Shown here: one piece after another, positions 1 through 11,439 of the stretch
How the letters are laid out: each line of letters begins with the position of its first letter
How positions within the stretch are numbered: the first letter of the stretch is position 1
Source of the DNA: Kondoa subrosea
Lineage: Eukaryota
Direction of reading: 5' to 3'
Assembly: GCA_039545335.1 (NCBI GenBank)
Contig: BCIN01000006.1
Location: forward strand, 1,054,001-1,118,000
Length of the DNA stretch: 64,000 bases
Translations under genes and position numbers: made by a program
The notes under the pieces: model-generated
Database searches by the model: none
Seen by the model: only the letters and a program-made list of their open reading frames with translations
What the model was told of the DNA's origin: nothing

Positions 1-208
1 GAGGAAATGTTACACCACGAGAAATTTGAGCTTCGCTGATAAGATTGAGCAGAGTAGCACCAGAGACAGTCAAATCCGTATGTTCGGCATCGAGTGCTTT
101 AGCCAGCAAAGACCCGTAGTTGACAGACGATCGCATTGCTGCAACATTGCTTAGCGGTTTGAGACCTGGTCCAGCTGCGAAAGAGGAGCCGATGGAGGTG
201 ATGTGCAT
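1..208 (-). CDS. SGNH/GDSL-like hydrolase (SEST-like lipase/esterase), 5' part only; gene continues beyond window start
   Basis: Hand translation from ATG at 208: MHITSIGSSFAAGPGLKPLSNVAAMRSSVNYGSLLAKALDAEHTDLTVSGATLLNLISEAQ. Contains SGNH block I (GSSFAAGPG), RS-x-x-NY and block II (D-x-x-VSGAT). Not in the ORF track because it runs off the edge. Confidence 0.85.
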   Translation of the reverse strand, partial: MHITSIGSSFAAGPGLKPLSNVAAMRSSVNYGSLLAKALDAEHTDLTVSGATLLNLISEAQISRGVTFP

Positions 209-733
209 CTTATGAGATCAAGTATTCTCCAAGAACTGATACCGCAAGCTATTCGATGACCTGCAATCGCCAAACAAGCTCGGTGCCAGAGGAGATATTT
301 AGCCTGCACCAGGTACTGTAGCTGCTGCCTACTGTGCTGAAATTGGCCTGATTTGGCCCTTAGCTTGATGGCGGTTTACGGCAAGCTGAAGGAAATTTGA
401 GCACCTAAGCTTGTTCTGAAGCAACGACCTGGCCTGGCACATAGTCCGCATCAGCAGCGCAGCACAGGGCAGCACTGCTAACCTCAGAGGGCAGGCCTCT
501 CTCAGCGCCAGCGCAAGGCTCTCGAATCGAGCGGATTAACGAAGTTGCGCAACGCATCGATCCAAACACCAAAGGAGCTCGTCGCGCAGGATTGCAGTCA
601 TTTTAATCTTCTTCTTTCTCACATCATCGGTTTCTCTGCTCTGGAGTCGGCTGCTCTGGCAATTTAGCCTGCTTTGTATCTGCGACGCAAGAACAAGGAA
701 TCGAGGACCTCTACTCACGGTCAATCCTCTTCA

Positions 734-1866
734 ATGGAGTCAAGACAAGCATTACAGCACTGTCCCGACTGGATGAAGGAGCTGATTCCTGCGGAGGTGA
801 CTCGGCAAACTAAATATCTGGAAACACTTCAATGGTCAAAAATGATAAACGCCAGCCCGCAAATAATTCAGCACATTATGGCAGAGAGTACCTTGGATGC
901 AACTACTCTGTACGATACTGTGCTGCGAAGGATCTTTTCCGAATCTCCGGAGGCAGCGGTACAAGCTCTCGTAGTGGATCTGCCAGAAAAATACAGGACA
1001 GGAAATATTATGTGGATAATATCGCTAAGATTGTCTTGTATCTCTCTAGCTTTCTTTCCACCTCCAATTATTTACGCGCTTTTGGTCACGACGATGCGAA
1101 AGCTCTGCTTCCTCTATTGATCACTCTGCTGTTGCCGATATACAGCATCTATGATGATGGTATTTCAAGTGAAGAGTACATGATGCCAAGCCTAGTCACT
1201 CCCCTCTTAGTCACTTTCCGGAAGCAACCTCTTCTATGCGATAATATGATGCAAGACTTGAAGCTAGCAGATCCTGGACTACTCGAAGCATGGAAAGATG
1301 ACCTTCAGAATTTCATGAAACCGGCTCTGCGAAAGGGTATAGCGAACTTGCATCCACAGCATCGAACCGTCTTTTCTTTCGCAGTTTATACCTCGGCAAC
1401 CCTAGGGCTTTCCCTTCCCGAAGACACGGACTCGTACAAATTACCACCGTCTATGCGTCTAATTACAGAATTACCAACGGCACAGCAACGTATGGATGCT
1501 CTGTACAAAAACAACAGCAATAATCATCTCTTGCGCAATACTGTCTTCTTCTCCTGCGTATACTGCACGGCACATTACACGAGGATACCATCTTATGAAG
1601 TACCAGAAGAGGATCCCATCAGCTCTAGATTCAAGTTCTGCAGCGGGTAAGTACATTGTTTGCCTAATTTTGGCGCTGACCGCATGGTTCACAGATGTTC
1701 TTGCGCCATGTACTGTTCCCAGAGTTGTCAAGTTGCGGACTGGAAAGCAGGGCACAAAGAGCGATGCTCAGGTACCAAGCGCAAGCGAGCTGAGAAGGAA
1801 AAGGCTAGGCAAGAGAAAGAGCAGAAAGAGAGGGGCAAGGTGTATCTGGTACGGCTTCTGGAATAA
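734..1866 (+). CDS. C-terminal MYND-type zinc finger protein
   Basis: Joining ORFs 674, 832 and 1660 gives CVYC...CSG|CSCAMYCSQSCQVADWKAGHKERC (MYND signature YCS-x2-CQ-x2-DW-x3-HK-x2-C). Clear GTAAGT...CTGAC...CAG intron at ~1647-1694. A second short intron (959-996) or a frameshift is needed near 960-1000. Confidence 0.75.
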
Positions 1867-3552
1867 CCCGATGAATGCAGACAAGAAGTCAGTCGTGTTT
1901 CAATTGAAGACCATGCTGCGCTAAAACTTGTGCCCTGCAGTCTTCTTATCTATACCATCAATCGTCAACATATTTTCTCTGTCTACTACCATCTCCTCAA
2001 CTCGAGTAATACCCTCAGATTAATACGTTTGCTCCAACATATTCTTTTATCGATCTCTAGTCTTGCGACCCATGAACAACAATAATCTATACCTTATCCA
2101 TGTACTGTGGCCAAAAAAAAGGGAATCTGCTCTATGGTCGATCTGCTATGATAAACCGAAAGACTATCATATATGCCCTCTATTTCTCTCATTCTACCCA
2201 TTTGATATTGCTTTTCGCCCTCATTCATCGTCTGTCGGCAACTAGCAAACTCCTTGAGATCACTTTATACGTTGTACCAGTACTTGTGTTGTCTTTCAAG
2301 CCATATCAAAAACAACTTCTTTGGGATATACTACAATGTTCAGCTCTGCCAATCTTCCAAGCTTGATGTGCAGTCTGTGACTCTACAATCAATCTTTCCC
2401 GAAATGAAATCCTCTTCAGTATCAACAACTCTGCAATCTGCTAGCAAAGAAACTATACATCATGGAATTGAATTATACTGCAGTCTGTAGCTATCTGCAT
2501 CAGACTCCTGCTCGTTATCCGTAATTCAGAGAGATTGCTCTTTCTCCCAATCAGTTTACAGAACGTTGTGTCCTTCCTGTCTAGCGAGTCTCTCTTTTTG
2601 CACATTCTCACCTCGTTTCATTTGACCTTGGTCCGTGCAGCTGATGTACTGCAAAGCGCAATATTACTTCCCCTTCAGAATCAGCAATACATAAACAATG
2701 AGCATTTCTCCTGCGAGTCCTGCACAGATTCGAATCCAAATCGCCGACAGCCATGCGCTCAAGCTCCTCACGTTGCTGGAACAAAGGGACGACTGTGATT
2801 GAGAGTTCCGTATGCATGCTTTTGTCGAACGGTCTTCCACTTCCGCTTGCTATTCACTTGTAAGTGCTCAATTGAAGGTGCAGCAACAGCATGAGACGGC
2901 ACGAGAGCAGTGCACGGTCGCAATCCTGCTAGGATACACGTATCTAAAAGCTTTCTTTAACCGCGAGTACTCAGTCTGGTTACTACAATCTAGCTGCTCC
3001 TCCAAAATCATCGCCCCTAGTCAGGTCCTTCTGTCTTCTTTCTCCTTCTCCGACTAGGATCCTCAGCGGTCAGGCAAGGGCTTAAGCCGAAGCTTGAACA
3101 AAAATTCTACAAATTCCTGGTTAGCTGGTCTGTATTGTCTAAGATGACCAGGGCGTTCCTATCCTTCCTCCATAGCTCACCGGTAGAGTCAGTAGCCTTA
3201 TTTGAAGCCTGTAGAGCCTTGTCTGACCTTGATATGAACAGGCGCTCGCCTAGTACTTCGAATTTTCGAAAGCGAGAGGTAGCTGGATCGTCCCCGGCTG
3301 GAGGAAACTCCAATCCTTTCTTTTTGCACGCGCCTAACAACATTCAAGTTCACTGTTCTTTTTGCGATATGAGGTTGCTTTGCTTTTTTGGCCGCAAGTC
3401 AAAAGAGAATACTTGTTCGCGCGACAACACTCAGATCCAATGTCATTCTCGCAGTGCAGGTCAAACAAAACACAATGCTGGATGTATAGATAAGACAAGA
3501 GGCTATAATGCAAAAGACCAGGCTATGTAATAAACGACTCTGCGAAACGACT

Positions 3553-4878
3553 TTAAACCAACACAGCAGCCATCAACGCTACAACCGAAGCAGCACCTCC
3601 GACCATGGTCTTGAAGCCTGAGCTCTTTGCTTCAACTGAAGCATCTTTAGCAGCAGATGAACCAGTGACAGTGTCTGCAGAAACATCATTAGCTCAATTC
3701 ATCATAGCAGCACACGAAAGAAAGAAACTCACTGTTGGCGGTATCGACATTGAGAATGAAAGGACCAGCCAAAGTAGAAGCATCGGAAATGTTCATTGCG
3801 TTGGTGAGCAATCCATAAACTTGACCACCAGTCACGTTCTGGCTAGGGAGAGTGCATGAACCATTGTTGTAAGTAGAGAAAGCCGTTTGCACGCCTGAAG
3901 CGAAAGCGCAGTAGATGGTCGATTGATTGGCAGTGACGGTGGAATTGACTTGAATAGCCAAAGTAGATCCTAGAGTAGCGTTGTTTGAAGTGAGGGTAGC
4001 TGCTGGGAAAGGTTGAATGGTTGGTGCTGAACCGTCAGGGCAAGAAGCGAAGAAAGAGCCAGCCAAAGAAACGATAGCTCGAGGTGACAAGCCGGTATCG
4101 TAAGGTGAAGGGAAAGGAGAGTAGCCGTTGGCCAGCTGCGATCGACATACATTAGACTGAATCTGGTATGAAAAGGAAGAAGAGAACCCACTCGAATGAA
4201 AGCATTATGACGAGCTTCAACAGTCAAGATGGAAGCAGCCACTTCCAAGTAAGCTGGGTTGGAAATGTATTGAGCTGCTCCAATGTAGGCTGACACGCCA
4301 ACACCTTCCAAAACTTGAGCCAAACCGAGGAAAGATTTAGCATCGGTTGAAGGGAACTTGTAGGTGCAAGCTTTGACTGGAGTAGCTCCGGCTGTCAATT
4401 ATCATTCAAGGTTGAGTTACAGTTATACAAAAGAAGAGATTCGAATGGACTGACCAGCTGAAAGAGCACCAGTGAGAAGCTCAACATGGTTCGATTCATC
4501 AGATCCGATCTCTTGAACGTTGTTGTAAGTGATCTTGCCCAAACCAGAAGCAGAAGCAAAGTCTGAGCTAGAATAGTTCTTCAAGCCTTGACTGTAGAAA
4601 GCGTTCTCAAGGTGCTCTAAGAGTTGCGGGACACGATAATGAGTTTCGAGAGGACAGGACTAAGATAACGCGAGCTCACCTAATGTTAAAGCGAAGTTGA
4701 GGATTGCTGGATCATCCAAAGTCTGAGCTGCAGCTTCTTGCCTCTTGATCAGGTGATCGGGTAAGTTCAAAGCCAAAGCTGAAGTAGCCAAGCTGTCACA
4801 TGAGATCAATTGACGAAGTAAGGAATGTCAGGAGGCGCAGGCTTACGAGATGAGGACTGAGAAGACAGTAACGCGCAT
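3553..4878 (-). CDS. Rds1-like ferritin-like (Ferritin_2) stress-response protein with signal peptide and GPI-like C-terminus
   Basis: Spliced product [18 protein letters not shown]...[16 protein letters not shown]...DESNHVELL...[13 protein letters not shown]...SILTVEARH, the diagnostic ferritin-like di-iron motifs. Last exon reads [39 protein letters not shown]. Confidence 0.9.
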
Positions 4879-5441
4879 CTTGTTATATTATATGTGTGCG
4901 GGAGTGTTTAAAGAATGTAAAGTAGTTGGAGGGATTAGAGTCTCGTTCGTGAAGATAGAGTGAGGTTGCGGTTGGGAGAGAAGAAGGAGGAAGAGGAGCA
5001 GAAGGTATTTTATAGTCTGAAATCTGGGCCCATTTTCGCTTTTGAGGGGGTCAGGCCAGTTGAGAATCGAAATGAAAACAACAATAAACAAAAGACTGGA
5101 AGGGGTTTGTGTGCCAAAAGAACGAGGTCTATCGTAATTGCAGAAGGACAGAGCAAGCATAGAAAGAGGATGGAAGTGGAAGATGCGTACATTCTTAGCC
5201 GATCCGGAGGTCAAAGAAAATCCGGAGAAGAATAATGAATACACGGACCAAATCGTATTCCAAATCTCTATACTTCATCTATATAACGTGAACATTCTAA
5301 ACTGTTATTACAAGAAACGCGTTAATACAAGGTGTGAAAAGCATGAAATCTGAAAAGAAAAAACCAAACAGCCGTTGGATGAAATACAAAGTTGGAGTGA
5401 TGCATGATGAAGTTGTAAGTGGTGTGTGAAGTGTATACAGG

Positions 5442-6512
5442 TCATAGTAGCCAACCATCTGAAGACAGTCGGCCATCGAAGCCAGAGCTGAAGGGTTTGA
5501 GACTTGAGTACGGATTTGGCGAACAAGTTTCTTCATGTTCGGATTGATACTCTGAGTGGTGTAGGGTAGACCGTAGTGATGGTCGAGGTCCAAAATCGAC
5601 ATGATCCCAAGCTGGAAGATGTAAAGGTAATCGAAGTTCGGCTCGCTTGGGACTCGGTGAACGAGAACGAGAAGTGACCGCAGTTGGATAAGAAAGGAAG
5701 AGTGACGGTGCCAAATAAGGGATCAATTGCATTTGTTCTGCTGGTAGACCACAATCGCAAGCACAGTCGAGCGATTCTTCCATAGGAGAGGTATCGGGAG
5801 TCAAAGCTGGGAGATCAGATTCAGAAGGTAAAGGTGCGTCGACATCATGTGGTGACAATGATTGAGGTATCCGATAGTGCGGATGATGATCTGCCGAATG
5901 AACGATTAAATCGGTAAAACATTGGACGGGAAGATAAAGAAACAAACCTTTGTGATCTTGTTCAACAAAGCCAGAGTCCATCATGACACCTTGATGCAAA
6001 GCAACAGGATAATGCTGTGGTCTTATCGAAACATCCACATAATCCTGATCTTCTTCCTCCAATTCCTCAGTCTCAATCATTCCACCCAAAACATCCTCAA
6101 ACCACTCCATTTCCTTTTGCTTCCTTTCTTCCCTCAAGCATTGCTCCATGATGGATTCTTCCCCTACGGATTCCTCGTATTGCTCAACATGTTCAATCAT
6201 CATTTCGTCCTCATCATCTGCGTAGTGAAGATGGGGAGCAGAAGCGCTTGGACTCAATTGAGGAGGGGGAGAAGGAGGTCGTGAACTTGAAGCGGAAGAA
6301 GAATCGAAAGTGTTTGTCAGTAGAACAATTTGACGTAAACAGCTTTTGCGGGAAGAGACTATTCGTTCTAATTTGGTTCTTGTTAAATGAAGAAGACCTA
6401 GTTGAGTTGTTTGAGGAGGAGGTGCTGAAGACATCGAAGTAGGAGCTACTGGAGAGAAGGGAAAGAGTCTTTGTGACCAGGATTCAGTTTCGGCGATGGT
6501 GCGATTTGACAT
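5442..6512 (-). CDS. Hypothetical, largely disordered protein with N-terminal SERTA/Ecm13-like motif
   Basis: 356-aa ORF with one probable in-frame intron (~5891-5947). Motif LLHLTRTKLERIVSSRKSCLRQIVLLTNTF is followed by acidic and Pro/Ser-rich regions. Probable 5'UTR intron at ~6601-6779. Confidence 0.7.
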   Translation of the reverse strand: MSNRTIAETESWSQRLFPFSPVAPTSMSSAPPPQTTQLGLLHLTRTKLERIVSSRKSCLRQIVLLTNTFDSSSASSSRPPSPPPQLSPSASAPHLHYADDEDEMMIEHVEQYEESVGEESIMEQCLREERKQKEMEWFEDVLGGMIETEELEEEDQDYVDVSIRPQHYPVALHQGVMMDSGFVEQDHKGLFLYLPVQCFTDLIVHSADHHPHYRIPQSLSPHDVDAPLPSESDLPALTPDTSPMEESLDCACDCGLPAEQMQLIPYLAPSLFLSYPTAVTSRSRSPSPKRAELRLPLHLPAWDHVDFGPRPSLRSTLHHSEYQSEHEETCSPNPYSSLKPFSSGFDGRLSSDGWLL

Positions 6513-7185
6513 GATTGGCTAAGGTCTTTTGTGACTCGACTTGACTCGATTGCGAGATAAGAGGTAATACGAGGCGTTCCAAATGACCCAAGCCGTTGTA
6601 CTGTAGAAATCAAAACCATGTGAGCTCCGATTGTCCGATAAGCATTATCTTTTGATTTGATCGGAACGAGAGATGCATAACGTGAGCGAAGTCACAAGAT
6701 CAGGGACAACAGCAGGTAGCAGTATACAGTAGACAAGAGTCCACAGGGCAGAACACTGAGAATGAGACCGCTTGACTCACATTAAAGAAAAATGTATTAA
6801 TGCCCTTATCTCTTTTGTCTTGCGATTAGGCAGACTGATGCAGAGGTGCATAGGCTGAACAATACAGCATCGCTTGATTTGAGCTGCTCCGATGCTTGTC
6901 CAAGAGAAAGCTTGATGACCTTATCGGGCTCGATGTTGCACAAAATGGGCAAGTTGCGCGTAATGTCCAGGGTAGTGATCAAGTTTCACGGTCCAAAACA
7001 AGGACTCTCAATCATGAAGAGTAAAGGCCAGCGTGGTTGTCCGAGACAGAGCGTGAGGGTATAGTAAGAATCGATGTTACGGGAAGACCAGCGGTCGCAG
7101 CAAGTTGCATTGACAACGTTTCAACGATGAACGGACAGTGTAGTATAAATGCCGATACAGCATCCGCGTACATTGCAGCATGCAA

Positions 7186-8313
7186 TCAGAATAAGACGAG
7201 CTTCATCTTCCCGTCCTTCATTCGACTCCTTACTTTCTCAGCTCCAAGCACACTCTTGAACAGACTCTCTGCAGCTTCTTTCTGCGTCAAAAGACTCTTG
7301 AGCTTCTTATCTAAGTGCGTCACATCTAGAACGAGGTAGGTAGTTGAATCCAATGCCAATGCAGAAGAAGCGATGAGTTTTGCTATCCGATCTGGTGTGC
7401 CTATCGCTACGCTGAAAGCCGTTGAGGAACAGTAGGTTTCGTGTTCTGCTAGCTGTTCGTGGAGATCGTAGTATCAGCACACAACTGAGATTCGTTTCAT
7501 ATCCACGAACCTTGAAATGCTTTGAGAATAGTTTGGCAACTTCTCCTTGGGCTGTTAGTGTCTTCATATCCCTATTCACAATAGGTATGACACATTGACC
7601 AACAATTATTAGCTACGCACTAACCTAACTAAATCCACTACTCGCAACGCAGCAAGAGAGATGATGATCACTCTCGGCGACCCATTCTTCTTGGATGATT
7701 TGGATATTTGTTTCGCCAGTGAAGGTAAAGCTGTAGTAAAGCATCTACATCAGCGTCCGAAGATAGCATAAAATCGAAAGACAACATACCTTTATTCAGA
7801 AACGCAGACAGAGTCTTTCGATCTTCCAGCGGGTATGTCGACACATCCAAGAACCAGCTCTCTGCAGTGCAATGAAATCTTCTGCTCCAGATAGATCTTC
7901 GAGATTTTTGGCTTACCTTGAAAACGCAATTCGTCTTTCTCTAGATCACTAGCTTTACTCAATGCAGCGGATTGTTTCATTTCTAGATGATCCGTTTGCA
8001 TTGCAGGAGGTGCGAAACCTATCGTAGGGGTTTCATCTTCCACAGCTTGCTTTTTGCTTCGCTTCGGTTTCTGGTGACTCTAGTATTAAACAGGCCCCAA
8101 AACCAACCGTTAAGCAGCGGAACACACTTTCTCCTTCTTGGGCTTAGGCTCTTCCTCTAATTTACGTTTTTTGCTAGGTTTCGCTGAATCTTCAGGTTCA
8201 GGCGAAGCAGACAAATGAGCCTCTTCAGCTGCTGGACTATCTGGAATATCATCCAGCTGGAAGTCGTCCTCTAGAGCATCGCCTGAGACTGCTGCTGCTT
8301 TGCCCTTGGCCAT
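7186..8313 (-). CDS. CMS1: CMS1 / U3-containing 90S pre-ribosome subunit
   Basis: Acidic/Lys-rich N-terminus MAKGKAAAVSGDALEDDF; exons SPRVIISLAALRVVDL and GEVAKLFSKHFKV (Cms1 KLF-x-KH-x-K motif); last exon ...HLDKKLKSLL...GKMKLVLF*. Confidence 0.75.
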
Positions 8314-8546
8314 AGAATAATTTCGTCGAGCGAGGTTGACCAGTGACCGTGACTTTTGTTTTCGCCTTTAGACCTGCTGGAACATATCTAGAATAGCACT
8401 GTGATACCCTTTGTGCCAATTAAGGACCGGGATTGAGTCTGCACAAGAAGAACACCTCGCTTTCATCTGCATTCGCGCTCATATGTTGGCTTGAAAGCTG
8501 TGTTTCCGCTCCTATTCTGCTACTTAGCACTTCTGTTACATCAAGT

Positions 8547-11184
8547 ATGAGTACCTCCAATGGTCCTTCAACGCAAAGGAGCAACCCTTCTGTCGCTCTG
8601 ATCGAATACTTGACCAACCTCATCATTAAATCCCTCTCAAGCGAGATGCACGCAACAGCTCTCTTCTTAGCCGAACGTCTACACATCATGCTTCCATCAG
8701 ACGAAGCACCAGCTTACTACTTGTCTTTGTCTTTACTTCGAAATGGGAACGCTGTTGGTGCAATGGATACTTTACGACAACACATTAGGAAACCTGAAGC
8801 ATTACAATCTAAAGCAGCTAACAATATCAAATCCTGGCATACTCAATATCGATCTAGTCAAATCACTAAACCAGCAAACCAACTTTCACTGAGATGTGCT
8901 TGGGTGTATTCTCAAGCTTGCGCCGTGGTAGGAAGGAATAGAGAAGGTCAAGATGTGTTGCAGAAAGCTTTAGACAAATTGACCAAGAATGGGGTAATCA
9001 ATCCGGAAGAAATGCAATTTCCTGTTGCAGTTGGACCAAGTGCTGCTGCTCTTCAAGTAAAATTAGCTCACATGGCAGTCAAAGCGAACAAATCAGAGAA
9101 AGCTGCAGCTTACTTCCAAGCAGCGCTGAAAGAATGTTGGTGGTGTTGGGAAGCTTGGGAAGGATTGTGTTTGCTTGGGAAAGCGCCAGATGCGGATTTC
9201 CATTTCCAATCCGTGCAACATCTCCAATTCGACGAGGATCACAAGCCAATGGTCAATGGTCATCATCTCGCGAATGGAACAGTCAATTCCTCCATGACTT
9301 CAGATGGAAGTGTTTTGTACACTCCTGGGTATAGACTAGATGGAACAGTGCCTCAAGCTAATGGTACATCTATGAACCAATCATCCTTCTTAGGTGCTTC
9401 TACAAGCACAGATGAATCCTTCTTCGGACCTGCTTCTACTCAAGCTCAAGGTGTTAATTTCCCAACTGCATCAACTTCTTCCGGTCTCTTCACCCCTGAA
9501 CCTTCACATCAACCTTCTACTTCTTCTTTAGCACCTCCTCCAGCACCAGTACCTAATCCAGCACCAGTCCGGAAACGACCTCCACCCAATGTAGCTAAAG
9601 AAGGTATTCGTAGATCAACCCGATTAACCTCAAGCAATAAAGCAACTTCTCCACCAGTAAGCGAAAAACCAGTCAAAGCCTCAAAACCAAGATCTAGAGT
9701 GACATCCAATCCAAGAGAAAAGAAACGAATGAAACCTTCACAATCACCTATGGAAGATCTTCTTGATGATGCACCACCTATTATTCCACAACCTGGTTAT
9801 GCTGTACATCCTCGATTACCTTCTGATGATCCTGAAGAATGGTTAAGGGATACAATGTGTAAATTTGGGAAAGCGGAAGCTTTGTTAAGCCAGTTTCAAT
9901 GTGCTGCTGCTTTGGAAACTTTGATGAGTTTGAATGTGGAGCAAAGGAGGAGTTGGAGAGCTTGTATGCTTGTTGGAAGGGCAAGAATGGAAGCTTTGGA
10001 TTATGTTGCCGTGCGTTAACCAAACAGAGTACCATAAGCACGAAAATGCTGATTTTGGAACATAAACAGGCCGAGAAAGCTTTTGCTGCTGCAAGAGAAG
10101 CTGCACCTTACATGATCCTGTATTCAGATCATCATTCAACACTTTTATGGCATCTTAGCAAAAAGACTGAACTCTCTTACCTCGCTCAACAAATCATGAC
10201 TCTACAACCTTTGTCCATAGAAGCTTGGATCTGTACGGGCAACGTTTTCTCTCTTTTTGACGATCATTCCAATGCTCTCAAATGCTTTAAAAGAGCTATT
10301 CAAATTATTGAATCTGAAGGATTGAGAGGAGCACCAATGAGTACTCAAAGACAAGTCAATGCTGGTGATAATCCTTATGTTATGGCTGGTCATGAATGCG
10401 TCGCTTTGGAAGAATGGGAAGCTGCTTTGGGTTTCTTTAGAGAAGCTATTCGAAGGCGAAACAGGTGTTACACTGCTTGGTGCGTGAGACTGGTGACCTA
10501 AAAGTATTTATCGTACTTAAAGGCTCTCGCCTCTTTGCATAGGTTTGGCATCGGGAATGTGTACATGAAAACTGGCAAGTTAAGATTGGCAGAATACCAT
10601 TTCAGGAAAGCGGTTGATATCAATCCAATGAATGCAATGCTCGTCTCTTGTGTTGGAGCAGTAAGTCCTTCTTGTCAGAATGCCTCGAAATGCAACTTAC
10701 ACTCTCGAGCAGATTCTGGAAAGAATGGGCAACAGAAGAGATGCGCTTAATGAGTACGAACGTGCTTGTCGATTAGCTCCGAATAGTGCGGCAGTACGGT
10801 TCAAGAAAGTTAGATTGCTGGTTTCCCTCAAGCAATATCAAGTATGTTCAGCTTGTTGGCTTTCCAGAATATAGGCTGATTTGCTTTTCAGCCTGCACTC
10901 AAAGATCTTCTTTCGCTGTCTGCATTAGCACCTGATGAGTTTAGCGTGCAGTTCTTGCTCGGCAAAGTCTATGGCGCTTTGGGTCAGAAGAATGATATGA
11001 CCAAGCACTTTACTTTCGCTCAAGATTTAGATCCTAGATCTGCTCATCGGTATGTCTTCATTCATATCATTCACTTTGTGCAGTGATGGATACGTTTTGG
11101 GCATACAGTATTCGCCAAGCGATAGAAGAGATGGAGGAGAAGGAAAAGGCCGACGCTGATACAACTGGTATGGATCAGACGTAG
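8547..11184 (+). CDS. CDC27: Anaphase-promoting complex TPR subunit Cdc27/Nuc2/BimA
   Basis: N-terminal ALFLAERL and WEAWEGLC, disordered middle region, C-terminal TPRs (HSTLLWHL, EAWICTGNVFSL, NALKCFKRAIQ, GHECVALEEWE, AWFGIGNVYMKTGK, AEYHFRKAVDINP), and C-terminal RIRQAIE. Multiple canonical introns. Confidence 0.92.
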
Positions 11185-11290
11185 AAGAAGCCGTGAAATG
11201 TATTATACGCATTGTTACATCTGTTACTTAGCCTATCAGTGCCGCTTTCCAAACGTGGCTAAAATGCGCTTATCGCACTTTGAAATCTCT

Positions 11291-11314
11291 TGACTCGTTC
11301 TAAAGCATTGACTC
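11291..11314 (+). promoter_or_regulatory. Two TGACTC hexamers (Gcn4/CpcA-type element) upstream of asparagine synthetase
   Basis: TGACTC at 11291-11296 and 11309-11314, ~130-150 bp before the ATG at 11440. Confidence 0.35.
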
Positions 11315-11439
11315 GGATTGCAAATTGCTCTGTCCAATACCCAGGCGCTACTTGGATCTACTATCCTAGCTTGTCCTGAGGATAACCCTCTATAGCACCA
11401 GCTCGCTTGACCCGTTCTTTCGCGAAACACACAAAAAAT

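Noticed and set aside
3107..3530. Overlapping 78-aa and 131-aa ORFs
   Set aside because: No recognisable motif, and I could not build a consistent spliced model.
6770..6780. TGACTCA as a Gcn4/AP-1 site
   Set aside because: Better explained as the reverse complement of a GTGAGT splice donor for a 5'UTR intron of the minus-strand gene.
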